A stretch of DNA of 64,000 nucleotides from the NCBI GenBank assembly GCA_032718475.1, contig JAUCBJ010008854.1, forward strand, positions 1 to 64,000, given 5' to 3'. The notes below the pieces were generated by a model that had not been told where the DNA came from, did not search any database, and saw nothing but the letters and a program-made list of their open reading frames with translations. Below, one piece after another: positions 22,604-34,596 of this stretch (position 1 is its first letter; every line of letters starts with the position of its first letter). Source of the stretch: Nemertoderma westbladi. Taxonomy: Eukaryota; Animalia; Xenacoelomorpha. The position numbers and the translations under genes are program-made.

Positions 22604-24127
22604 GTCCATGTTGTTAAAGATCTTCCCAAATACAAGATATCCGACAGGTTTCTAAAGGAGAAGATCAGTTACCAGGAGCATGATGAAACCAACAAACAGA
22701 TGCTAAGACTCCTACAATGCTATGAGGATTCCGATAAGTATTTCCTGTTGTTAAGAAATCCGCAGATGCGCTTAAGGGATCGCTTCTCTAGTACCATGAT
22801 AGATGGATTAATACGTGTTGGAGGTAGGCTTACCAACGCCCCATTATCCTTTGACACTAAATTTCCCATACTCATTAGAAATCTTGACATACAAATCAAG
22901 ATGATTGTAGATGTTCATAGCAAACTGTATCATGCTGGAAGAGAACGAGTTCTGAGCGAAATTCGAACTCGCTTCTATTTTTATAAACCCCGTAGGGCTC
23001 TGAACCAAGTCCTTAGGAACTGCATACCCTGTAGGAAAGCATTCAGTAGGCCTTTGACACAGCGAGAGGCAGAATTACCTAGGGAAAGAGTAAGCTTCTA
23101 CGAACCACCCTTTACTAATACCGGTGTGGATTTATTTGGCCCTATTGAAGTATATCGTGCCCGGACTATAGTCAAGAGATGGTGTGTCATCTTCGTTTGT
23201 ATGACTTGTAGAGCTATCCATCTCGATATGGTAAACGATCTATCCACCAACAGCTTCGTGTTGAGTCTACGACGACAGATCGCTCGTTTCGGAACCAGTA
23301 ACACGATGAGATCGGATAAGGGAACGAACTTCATTGGCGCCAACAACGAAATTCAAGCTTACGTAAAGGACTGGAACAAGAGACAGGTGGACGATCAGCT
23401 AAAGATAACAGCGTCTAGCTGGACCTTCAACGCCGCCGACGCCCCTTGGTGGGGAGGAAGTTGGGAGAGATTGATTAGGAGCGTGAAGACTGCGTTCCAC
23501 TTTATTGTACCTTGTCGCGTTTATCTCACCGACGATCTATTGCGGACGTTAATGGAGGAAATTGCCGCTTATCTCAACGAGAGACCGCTTATGCCAGTCT
23601 CATCGAGTCCCGATTCCCTGGAAGCGCTAACACCCGCGCACTTCCTACTGAAGAAACCTGTAGCCATGCTCCCACAATCGGAAATCACAGACGGAGACGA
23701 ATACTGCCGACAAACTTGGCAACTCATGCAGTTGTTATCCCGTCGTTTCGCTGACCATTTCGAAAAACATTATCTGCCCACGCTACAACTTCGAACTAAG
23801 TGGTTTGCGCAGCAAGAAAACGTCAGCGCTGGAGACATGGTGCTTATTGTGGACCCCGATCTCCCACGTAAGCGATGGCAAACAGGTCGTATCATCGAGA
23901 CTCATATCTCGAGCGATGGTTTGGAACGATCAGTAGAACTCGTCGTCATGCGGCGTAACTTTAAGAAACCAGGGATAGTCTTTGAGACTCAACAGCTCAA
24001 CCGCCCAGTGGGTCGTTTATGTTTACTGGAAAGAGACAGAGAGCTCTCCGGAAACTATGGAAGGCAAGAAACTCTTCCCACGACCACTTCCCTAATTCAA
24101 CCGACATCTAGGGGCTCCCCAACTTAA
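22604..24127 (+). CDS. BEL/Pao integrase region, same frame as Gag-Pol, after a single in-frame TGA
   Basis: GLIRVGGRL; HSKLYH...CIPC zinc finger; GVDLFGP; SDKGTNF; GGSWERLIRSVK. The frame is open from 22604. Confidence 0.92.
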   Translation, partial: VHVVKDLPKYKISDRFLKEKISYQEHDETNKQMLRLLQCYEDSDKYFLLLRNPQMRLRDRFSSTMIDGLIRVGGRLTNAPLSFDTKFPILIRNLDIQIKMIVDVHSKLYHAGRERVLSEIRTRFYFYKPRRALNQVLRNCIPCRKAFSRPLTQREAELPRERVSFYEPPFTNTGVDLFGPIEVYRARTIVKRWCVIFVCMTCRAIHLDMVNDLSTNSFVLSLRRQIARFGTSNTMRSDKGTNFIGANNEIQAYVKDWNKRQVDDQLKITASSWTFNAADAPWWGGSWERLIRSVKTAFHFIVPCRVYLTDDLLRTLMEEIAAYLNERPLMPVSSSPDSLEALTPAHFLLKKPVAMLPQSEITDGDEYCRQTWQLMQLLSRRFADHFEKHYLPTLQLRTKWFAQQENVSAGDMVLIVDPDLPRKRWQTGRIIETHISSDGLERSVELVVMRRNFKKPGIVFETQQLNRPVGRLCLLERDRELSGNYGRQETLPTTTSLIQPTSRGSPT

Positions 24128-27100
24128 TATCGTTCGGAGTGGGCGTGTGACTCTATTATTTTATATTATTTTATTATTTTTATATTTATGTATGTATTAC
24201 TACGTAATTTTATTATAATCGTTTTATTTAATTTAGTAGAATCTTATTTAGCGATTATTTAGTAGAATAGTGCAATATATTCGTGTTTATTGCGTACGTA
24301 ATTACGTATATATTATATTTAGTGCGACGGCAAGAAATAATTCTTTTCCTTCTTCCTTACTGTCCGTATTACATTACAAATACGTAACTACAGTAAGATG
24401 AAATGTCCGTACTTATTAAAGTACAATAAAGCCACTACTATATTCAAGTATTATTGGTAGGCAGAGTATTAGGAATGCAAAGTTCAGATCCTCGTGTCTC
24501 GGCTAAACCAAGCTCTGGGTAGACCTTGGAAACGACTTGCCTCTTCACACTGACATTGCTTCGTGCGATATTGCTCTCATACCGTATATTAAATAATACA
24601 TATAGTAGCGTGATGTCCCTTTAACAGTAGCGTATAAAGCAAAATAAATCTGTTAAACCCTTTGACCATCTGTAATTCTAGTCGATTAAGATATCGCGGC
24701 ACCCACCGATATACTTGAAAGACAAATTTTAGAATCAGTGGTTAACGTCCCCAGACAAGTTCTGGAATAAATCGGTGCCCATCTCAAATATTAATTATTT
24801 AATATTTGCAAATCTAATAAATCAACTCTGTAAAATTCAGATCCTTCAACAATTCTAGTCAATTAAGATATCGTAGCATTTACCGATATTCTTAAAAAGG
24901 ACAATTTTCATAGAATTAAGGATCTTGTGTCCCCAGACATGTTCTAGAATCAAAATATGTCAATTTAATTATCAAATAATAAAATTTCAGGGAATAAATT
25001 TAAATTCATGCCTTTTAATGAATTTAATAAATTGCCATTTTTACGCAATTTATAACATTCCCAAAATTCCATTAATTAATAGATCAAGGGAGCGGAGATT
25101 TATCTTATTATGCGTATGAGTGTGCGAAAGTCTCCCAAACATAGTCAATAGCCGATAAAATTCATAAAGTCATGTATAAAACAGGCCATTGACCATTAAA
25201 GAATTACTATTAAATAACATCCCAGATCTGTATGCATTGGAATTACCCTAATTCTACCGCTAGCTTTGCATAATGTCACCATAGCAACAACCACGCTAGA
25301 ATTAGAATTGAGTTAAAAGAATAATAGACAGCTTGTCCCATTGAATAACATAGGGAATCAACAGTGCACTGCTAGTATCCAAGGATACATAATAATAACG
25401 TGACATTCTGGAAGGCACTGACTAACGGACAAGTGACCCGAGTGTGGGTAATTTGTGACAAGTTGTGTGTGTGGTATTTGTGAGTTTATAGGCGAATGTT
25501 ACTACTAAGGTGTGTTTACAGTAGCGAGTCGCAATTGTGAAAGTAACCCTAACTCTCCAGTAAGAACCTGAGGTGTATCTAAGCCTTTGGGACGGACAGT
25601 CGAGTGACTTGTGCCGGTTGTCGTTGTCGTTGTGCGGCTACGTCGTTGGCGAAAGTACAGCGGCGACGACACATCGGTGCTGAGGATCTCGCACTGTCCG
25701 GGGGCTGATTGGGGTAGGCAGCGACGCTCGCTAGCCTAAATATAAACTCATTATAATATTAATAAACTCATATATAGCAGATATGACGGAGTTGATAGAA
25801 GATGGTCTTGGTATCAGGGAGCGATATACTCTACTTTCAAGCGTTTGTTGATAGCTTGATACGCGGTGATACTAGTCCAACTACTACGAAGGATGATGGT
25901 CGTTATATCGAACCTACGATTTCCTGGAAGTAACTTACGCGTGAATTGGGCTATGGAAAATTCACCGCTCGCTACATGCATTGTAATGGTATGTATATGG
26001 ACTTCTTAACCATTGGCCATTCTATCGATTTACACGATACGGGCTATGTCGAACATATCCTACCCAGAGGAGTCGAAACGATAAACCAAAATTCTAATGC
26101 GAAAATCCTATTCGAAATCGACTCGAAAGAAAAGACATTAAAGAAACAAATAAACGCGGTAACTCCAACATATATTTGGAATTCTTGATAGAAGCATTGT
26201 AACAACAAATAAATATCACCCGCGTTTTCCCTTCAAGACGTGCGTCTTTGGTATTATTGCGATAAATGCCCTAGACCCAGCCAATAAACGGAAAGACATA
26301 AACATCCACGGAAACGTTGTGTTAAACACAGTTGTGCTCGTTATATTTACTGGAGTTTCGAGCGAAACTTGTTTGACGTATCACCTATGCTCACTCGGCT
26401 CGAACGATCCTGGAGTAAACCTACGATCAGAGTCCCGGAATACTCGGTCAAACCTCCTCATTCCTTAGTTGGACCTCAGACCTGCGATCCTGGTGGTGTC
26501 GCGGATCCTCGCGGACTGTATTCACTGTTCAAAGATCTAGTGCTACCCTAACAATTAATCGGTAACACTCCGACAGTGATTTCTAGCTAGCCGCCCATCT
26601 TACCTAGCCGGATTGTGACGCGGACACCTAATATCACTATCCAACCGTATGGTCGTCCCCATTTAACGCGATACAACCCTTCATCAAGGTGAAGGAGAGC
26701 GTTGTACGAAACGAGTTAAACGCTATTCTATAAAGATCAAAAAAGAAATCTGCGTTTGTTCAGATAAACGTAAGTTATAACAGTAAGTCCAATCGATAAA
26801 CGAATTAGCCTTATCTCAGTTCGATTGGGAAATCTCGAATCTCTAAGAAGATATCAAGCTTAGAAAACCCTATTCTCTGCGAGAGTTTTGGACGAACGTA
26901 TCCCATGACAAGCGGAGGAAAATCAGCTCGAGGAGAAGCATATCGAACTGGACGAGACACCGACCGTAAACCCAAACCTTCTAATGCAATTGTATTGCAT
27001 CCTTTACCCAGGAGTTATAGCCTTCCTAGTAAAGTGGCTCGCCCCAAAGAGAAAAGGACTCTGGCTAGCCTCGGGAAACTGCGTAAACGCCGTCCGCGCA

Positions 27101-27189
27101 AAGAAAACTAACTGTTTAGAGTATCTTTATGTTTTAGAAACTGTGATTTTTATATTTTATAGACTGAAAATCCCATTTTCTGGGAGCGG

Positions 27190-28390
27190 TGTAAAAGCTT
27201 TTGCTGAATTGCCCGGTTATTTTTCCTTATTTTTCCCGTAAAATACTCTGTAGTTGGTTTAATAGGCGTAAGAGGCCGTATTATTGCTGTATCGGTGTTT
27301 TTAGAGGATCTAAGAGCTATTTCTTCCGTATGTGTACTGTGGAAGGCATAGTTGATGATTCTATGGCAATTCCGTGACGCAAAAGGGGATAGCTACTCTT
27401 GAACAGTAGTTACTATGACGACGGTTAACAGCTGATATTCATACGTGTCGATTTTCTTTGTTCTACGGCATCTCTCAGTTCAGTCAACCAATCAGAGCGT
27501 TTTTACTGTTCTTGTATAGAAATTTCCTAGAAATCACGCAATGCTGTATGGGCAGTGTTGACATTCTGTCCTGAGCCAGGAGAGAGCGGCTTTGGAATAT
27601 TTTGTGCTTTTCTGCTTTAGCCTAACACTAGTAGGCTTAATTATAAGGACATATATCCGTTATCACACTTAATATCTCACTGGTTATCACTGGTTAACTG
27701 GCCCATACTGTGCAACTTAACTTAACATTACTGCTTTGCTGTCGGTTATTCATTATATTTGTTGATGAATTATTATATTTGGAATAACGAGAAATAACCC
27801 CGAAACCCAATATTCTTGATATACCGAAGGTAAGAGAGAAAGGTTACATATAACGATTGCGACTTATGTTAAAGTGGTTTGAAGTGAATCTAATGTTATT
27901 TGATAGACCCTACAGAGTCGGTCTGTGTTCCTTTTATATGTGACTAAAATCAGTGAAGATCGGCAGATTAGTGTGCAGTATTGTGCAGCATTGTGTATGA
28001 GTGAGACTGATAACGAAGCATTTCCTAAAGAATGTGCCATATATGTGAATTGTAACTAAGCCATATCGTTGTGAGTAGTTTAAGTCATAACTCTGTTTAT
28101 ATAGATAGAGCGCCACGTCCTAAAGGAACTGTTAATATTCCCCGAAGGTGAATAATATTGTCAGAGATTATATAATGCTGTCAGTCGAATAATACATTAG
28201 GCTTACATAGCAATACGATTAAGCCCTCGAAGTCAATCTCCCGGGTATATCCAACGGGTGAATGATCGCGCACAGATTGGTTTCAACTAGTGTAGTGAAT
28301 CAAATACTTGTTAGAGGCTAAAGCGATTTATTATCTAGAAGACATCCTAATTTGGCGGGTTAAACTGCCAAAGGTCTGAAAGCGCGAACA
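27190..28390 (+). repeat. 3' LTR (1201 bp)
   Basis: Near-identical direct repeat of 12664-13865, followed by TSD CATGG. Confidence 0.97.
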
Positions 28391-28950
28391 CATGGCCTTA
28401 GATCGTCATAATGATGATGGGTGATGGTAACTCCACCTACTGGCTCCAGAAGTCGAGGAAAGGCACATTAAAAAAAATGCTACGTCGGGTTCACAGTGTC
28501 AGGTACACTGCATTGGAGTCCCTATACAGCATTGAAGGAGTCTTAATATGCCCCCCAAGTGTGACACTCGAACAGAAGCGCATCTGCTCTGCTTTCGCAG
28601 TAATGACCAGTCTGTGAATGATGACTTGGTTCTTGGGTGGCTTTATGGAGATAATAATTAAAGACACTATATAACATTGGAGGTGTCTCATTGGTTCCCC
28701 AAAGCTTGACGGTAGAACAAAGCCGCCTCCGCTATACGGGACATTGTTTTCGCAGGGAGGACCAACCTGTGCACAATCTTGTGCTTTGGCAGCCCCATGG
28801 AGAAAATAAGCATGGTGGCAGCATGACTTTCGTGAGATGCCTCCTAAAGGACACTGGCCTTGAAGGTGCGGATAATCTCGCGAAAGTCATGGGAGATAGG
28901 GAGTTGTGGAGGTGCAATTTTGTTGATATGCCGGCATATCATTCTTATTG
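28391..28950 (+). mobile_element. Continuation (3' part, internally deleted) of the RTE LINE split by the LTR element
   Basis: Resumes MALDRHNDDG..TPPTGSRSRG, collinear with the 58-kb copy, and ends RLRYTGHCFRRED...GDRELWR. Confidence 0.85.
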
Positions 28951-29574
28951 CACGCTGCATTGGACTTGCCAATTGTGGATTGCATGGTGGTGACAAAATG
29001 TTTTTGGTATGCTGGTATAGAATCTAATGTGCAATTTCAATGCTGCAGGCCGATTATAGTAATAGTATTTAGTACAATTAATGTCAGCGGATATTTTTTA
29101 CGTAATAACATTGTGATTGATTTAAGGTGTAATTTATTTAGTTGAAAAACCACAATAGTATTCGGTAATTATTTAAATTTATTTTAATAATATATATGAA
29201 TAACCTTTCACGGCACGCACCTGTTTCTGCTAACTGCTACAATACAACGGATATTGTTTTGATTATAATTAGCAGAGCAGAGGATTAAGTACTTCACAAT
29301 AATTAATAATTGCACAAGGAATTCTTAAATATGATTTTATACTCCATAACGAAAAACACGATGAGAAGAGTTCATATAAGTTTATTAAGTACCTTTTCAA
29401 CCCGGGTAACTTTTTTAAAATATATTTTATATTTATATTATAAACGTTTACAAATAATTTCATTAACTCATTATTCTACAAACAGAAAATATGAAGTGGC
29501 GATAGAACAATTAAATTCAGCACATAAAGAAATTGCAGGGTGGTGTCGGTATTTGGGCGAGTTACTGGCTGGCA

Positions 29575-32335
29575 GTAGTCACGAGTTACTACTGCTGGTA
29601 GTCACGAGTTACTACTGCTGGTAGTCACGAGATAGTACTGCTGGTAGTCACGAGTTACTACTGCTGGTAGTCACGAGTTACTACTGCTGGTAGTCACGAG
29701 TTACTACTTCTGGTAGTCATGAGTTACTACTGCTGGTAGTCACGAGTTACTACTCCTGGTAGTCACGAGTGCTGGTAGTCACGAGTTACTACTGCTGGTA
29801 AACACGAGTTACTACTGTTGGAAGTCACGAGTTACTACTGCTGGTAGTCACGAGTGCTGGTAGTCACGAGTTACTACTGCTGGTAGTCACGAGTTACTAC
29901 TGCTGGTAGACACGAGTTACTACTGCAGGTAGACACGAGTTACTACTGCAGGTAGACACGAGTTACCACTGCTGGTAGTCACGAGTTACTACTGCTGGTA
30001 GTCACGAGTTTCTACTGCTGGTAGACACGAGTTACTACTGCAGGTAGACACGAGTTACTACTGTTGGTAGTCACGAGTTACTACTGCTTGTAGTCACGCG
30101 GTACTAGTGTTGGTAGTCACGAGTTACTACTGCTTGTAGTCACGAGTTACTACTGCTAGTAGTCACGAGTTACTACTGGTGGTAGACACGAGTTACTACT
30201 GTTGGTAGTCACGAGTTACTACTGCTTGTAGTCACGAGTTACTACTGGTGGAAGACACGAGTTACTACTGCTTGTAGTCACGCGTTACTACTGTTGGTAG
30301 TCACGAATTTCTACTGCTTGTAGTCACGAGTTACTACTGGTGGGAGACACGAGGTACTACTGTTGGTAGACGCGAGTCACTACTGCTGGTAGTCACGAGT
30401 TACTACTGCTGGTAGTCACGAGTTACTACTGCTGGTAGTCACGAGTTACTACTGCTGGTAGTCACGAGTTACAACTGCTGGTAGTCACGAGTTACTTTTG
30501 CTGGTAGTCACGAGTTACTACTGCTGGTAGTCACGAGTTACTACTGCTGGTAGTCACGAGTTACTACTGCTAGTAGACGTGAGTTACTACTGCTGGTAGA
30601 CACGAGTTACTACTGCTTGTAGTCACGAGTTACTACTGCTGGTGGTGAAGAGTTACTACTGGTGGTAGTCACGAGTTACTACTGCTGGTAGTCACGAGTT
30701 ACTACTGGTGGTAGTCACGAGTTACTACTGCTTGTAGTCACGAGTTACTACTGCTGGTAGTCACGAGTTACTACTGTTGGTAGTCACGAGTTACTACTGG
30801 TGGTAGTCACGAGTTACTAATGCTGGTAGTCACGAGTTACTATTGTTGGTAGACACGTGTTACTACTGCTGGTAGACACGAGTTACTACTGGTGGTAGTC
30901 ACGAGTTACTACTGCTGGTAGTCACGAGTTACTACTGCTGGTAGTCACGAGTTACTACTGGTGGTAGTCACGAGTTACTAATGCTGGTAGTCACGAGTTA
31001 CTACTGCTGGTAGACACGAGTTACTACTGCTGGTAGACACGAGTTACTATTGCTGGTAGTCACGAGTTACTACTGGTGGTAGTCACGAGTTACTAATGCT
31101 GGTAGTCACGAGTTACTACTGCTGGTAGACACGTGTTACTACTGCTGGTAGTCACAAGTTACTACTGGTGGTAGTCAAGAGTTACTACTGCTTGTAGTCA
31201 CGAGTTACTACTGCTGGTAGTCACGAGTTACTACTGCTGGTAGTCACGAGTTACTACTGGTGGTAGTCACGAGTTACTAATGCTGGTAGTCACGAGTTAC
31301 TACTGCTGGTAGACACGTGTTACTACTGCTGGTAGACACGAGTTACTACTGGTGGTAGTCACGAGTTACTACTGTTGGTAGTCACGAGTTACTACTGCTG
31401 GTAGTCACGAGTCACTACTGGTGGTAGTCACGAGTTACTAATGCTGGTAGTCACGAGTTACTACTGCTGGTAGACACGAGTTACTACTGCTGGTAGACAC
31501 GAGTTACTATTGCTGGTAGTCACGAGTTACTATTGCTGGTAGTCACGAGTTACTACTGCTGGTAGACACGAGTTACTACTGCTGGTAATCACGAGTTACT
31601 ACTGCTGGTAGTTACGAGTTACTACTGCTGGTAGTCACGAGTTACTACTGCTTGTAGTCACGCGTTACTACTGTTGGTAGTCACGAGTTACTACTGCTTG
31701 TAGTCACGAATGACTACTGCTGGTAGTCACGAGTTACTACTACTGGTAGACACGAGTTACTACTGCTTGTAGTCACTAGTTATTACTGCTGGAAGTCACG
31801 AGTTACTGCTCTAGTAGTCAAGAGTTACTATTGCTGGTAGTCACGAGTTACTAGTGCTGGTAGTCACGAGTTACTACTGCTGGTAGTCACGAGTTACTAC
31901 TGCTTGTAGTCACGAGTTACTACTGGTGGTAGTCACGAGTTACTACTGCTTGTAGTCACGCGTTACTACTGTTGGTAGTCACGAGTTACTACTGCTTGTA
32001 GTCACGCGTTACTACTGTTGGTAGTCACGAGTTACTACTGCTTGTAGTGACGAGTTACTACTGCTTGTAGTCACGAGTTATTACTGCTGGAAGTCACGAG
32101 TTACTGCTCTAGTAGTCAAGAGTTACTATTGCTGGTAGTCACGAGTTCCGATTGCTGGTAGTCACGAGTTACTAGTGCTGGTAGTCACGAGTTACTAGTG
32201 CTGGTAGTCACGAGTTACTGCTCTAGTAGTCAAGAGTTACTATTGCTGGTAGTCACGAGTTCCGATTGCTGGTAGTCACGAGTTACTAGTGCTGGTAGTC
32301 ACGAGTTACTACTGCTGGTAGTAACGAGTTACTGC
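29575..32335. repeat. 23-bp minisatellite ACGAGTTACTACTGCTGGTAGTC, ~120 copies
   Basis: Direct reading; the array abuts the NAP1 stop codon. Confidence 0.97.
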
Positions 32336-34256
32336 TGTCTGCATTCCGGTGGATTTTCGCCTTTAACCTCGTTTTTCCCGGGCTTGTAATCGGGATCATC
32401 TTCATCTTCGTCCTCACCTTCGTACTCATCACCCTCGTCCTCCTCTTCCTCAATATCCTCATCAACCTGGGCTTCCCCGGTGAAGTAGAACACGGCCTGT
32501 AAAGAATCAGATTAACATTATTAACTAGGCCAATATTTGTAATATAATCTCACCAACATATTGGTGTTGCGTAATTACATTACATACAAACAAGCAAGCA
32601 AACAGTCGGCCGAGGCCTGAGGCGATAGCTGCTACCCGAAGGTGGGGGTGGGCGCAACTCATAACTCATTTTCAGGTCCCAGTAATTCAACTGGTCGTTA
32701 TATTATCGACCCCACTATTAACTTGTTTATAAACGAAGCTACGATTTAAGACTAGCATGTTAGGCTAATTACTAATTAGATATTATTAATATCTTTAACA
32801 TCCAAAGATTGGGAAAATATGCATTTTAAGTGCGAAGGGAAGGGAAGTTTATTTACAAGAAGTAGAATTCGAAAATCACGATATACAGTAAATAACAAAT
32901 GGCGAACAACTAACTTTTCTTTTTCAAGTCAGATCTGCATAAACGTAAGACTAAATGGATGAATTTAAACAATAGATTAGGCAGTAGGCAGTAGGAGGGT
33001 TTACCTTGGGGAGAATCCTGTCCCGGAACAGAATCGCGATATCGAAATCGGCCTCCATCATCTGTTCGAGTTCGGGGCCCTCGTCACCGCCGTCCCCCCG
33101 GGGCCCCTCGAAGAAGTTAAAGAAACTGCAGTTGGGTACTGTCTTGGATACAGTCCTCGTCTGCCCTTGCGATTTGTGTTTCTGCTTCTTCTTTATGGTC
33201 TTTACCGTCACGTTCTTCCCTTTCTTCCAATCGATTTTACAACCGATTAGACTCTTTATCTGCGCGCCCTCGTAATTAATAACGTCCTCCAATGTGTCGG
33301 ACGGCCCGTATTCCATAAGGTAGAGTTTGCTAAGGACAGTGTTGTTAAAGAACTCGTTGGGAGAGAAATGGAAGTCTAGAGAGAAGTTAGGAGAGACGTG
33401 TCCGGGACAATCCAATCGCACTCGAATGTCTACGAGGTTCTTCAGAATGGGTTCATCGTGTTCCAAGATGAGTTCCGCTACCATTTCAATGCTCTTTAAG
33501 GTTGTCAACCAGAACTCCGGGATGCCAACCTCGGCGTCTCTCTTCTCCTCCGTCTCCTCCCCAACAACCTCCGGCCATTCGCTCAACTCCCACTTGGATT
33601 CCTCCTCGGATGGTTCCACCGCCCCGGTGATAAACCCTCGTCGTTTCTCGTAGATTTCGTCGAACTTTGCCTGGAATCTCTTCTCTAACTCGTGGACTTC
33701 CTTGTAGAAATCCGCCTCAACTGTCACCTGTCGAAAGGAATGAATATGCAATGCAGATAGGCCTACGCAGATAGGGATAACAAGAAAAAAAGATAACTAA
33801 AGTTTACATTAAAGTCATTAAACAAATATTAATGCATGAAATATCGTAGACATGGGCTTAACGAATGACATTATGATAGTGATACTTATTATTATTAAAC
33901 ATAGGCCCTAATGCATAAAGCGCCATATATCGGTATACGGTTCAGTTGACATGCTTATGTTAGGTTAGGCCTACCTGTTTGTGACACAGACATCTCAGAG
34001 CATCAACTCGTCTCTTTACTTCCGTCGGTAGACTCTCAATGTATCCGCTACTCTGGCCAACCAGAGCGTCCAGTTTCCCTTGGATCGCGGCCAGAGCTTG
34101 AGGAGATTTCAGGAGGTCCGGTATCACGGTCGACTTCTCGCCGGGGCCCTTCGCCGGAGAGGGTTCTGAACTTGCCGCGTCGCCGGATTCCGTCGGTACG
34201 TCTTCTTCGCACTGGTTTGGTGCGTCGATTAAGGGTTCACCGTCGTTAGCTGACAT
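32329..34256 (-). CDS. NAP1: Nucleosome assembly protein 1-like, 3 exons (34256-33975, 33727-33005, 32496-32329), 390 aa
   Basis: YIESLPTEVKRRV, GIPEFWLT, DEPILK.L.DI, F.PNEFF.N.VL.K.Y, GCKIDWKKGKNVT..KKKQKHK, SFFNFF, LPK|AVFYFTGEA, acidic tail, terminal CRQQ CaaX-like motif. Both introns are GT-AG and phase 0. Confidence 0.95.
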
Positions 34257-34596
34257 CTTAAGGTCTTATAATTAATTATACACTCGATAACACTAGTTAA
34301 CCTTTTTACCAGTACTGCAGTACTGCAGTTAGGTGCTTACAGCTTACTTTTCTGTCTGACTACAGACTAAGCTACAGTCCATTCGCACTTACGACCCTGA
34401 ACAATATCGTATTCCATCAGCAAACTCGACTGAATTGTCAAAAATAAATTATCACAAAGGGTAGTTCCGATATGGAACTATGGCTTCCACCACGTAGTCA
34501 ATGCCAATAATAAAATAACTAAGTTAACTTTTATTTTGCCGTTGCAACAGGTTCATGAAATTATTGATTATATTATCAATACTACTTATTGCGGTA

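Larger units (their letters stand above)
12664..28390 (+). mobile_element. Full-length BEL/Pao LTR retrotransposon, 15.7 kb
   Basis: TG...CA LTRs at 12664-13865 and 27190-28390; 5-bp TSD CATGG (12659-12663, 28391-28395); purine tract GGGAGCGG before the 3' LTR; Gag-PR-RT-RH-IN order with three Cys/His knuckles. Confidence 0.97.

Noticed and set aside
29575-32335. CRISPR-like appearance of the 23-bp array
   Set aside because: Head-to-tail units with no unique spacers, no cas genes, eukaryotic context.
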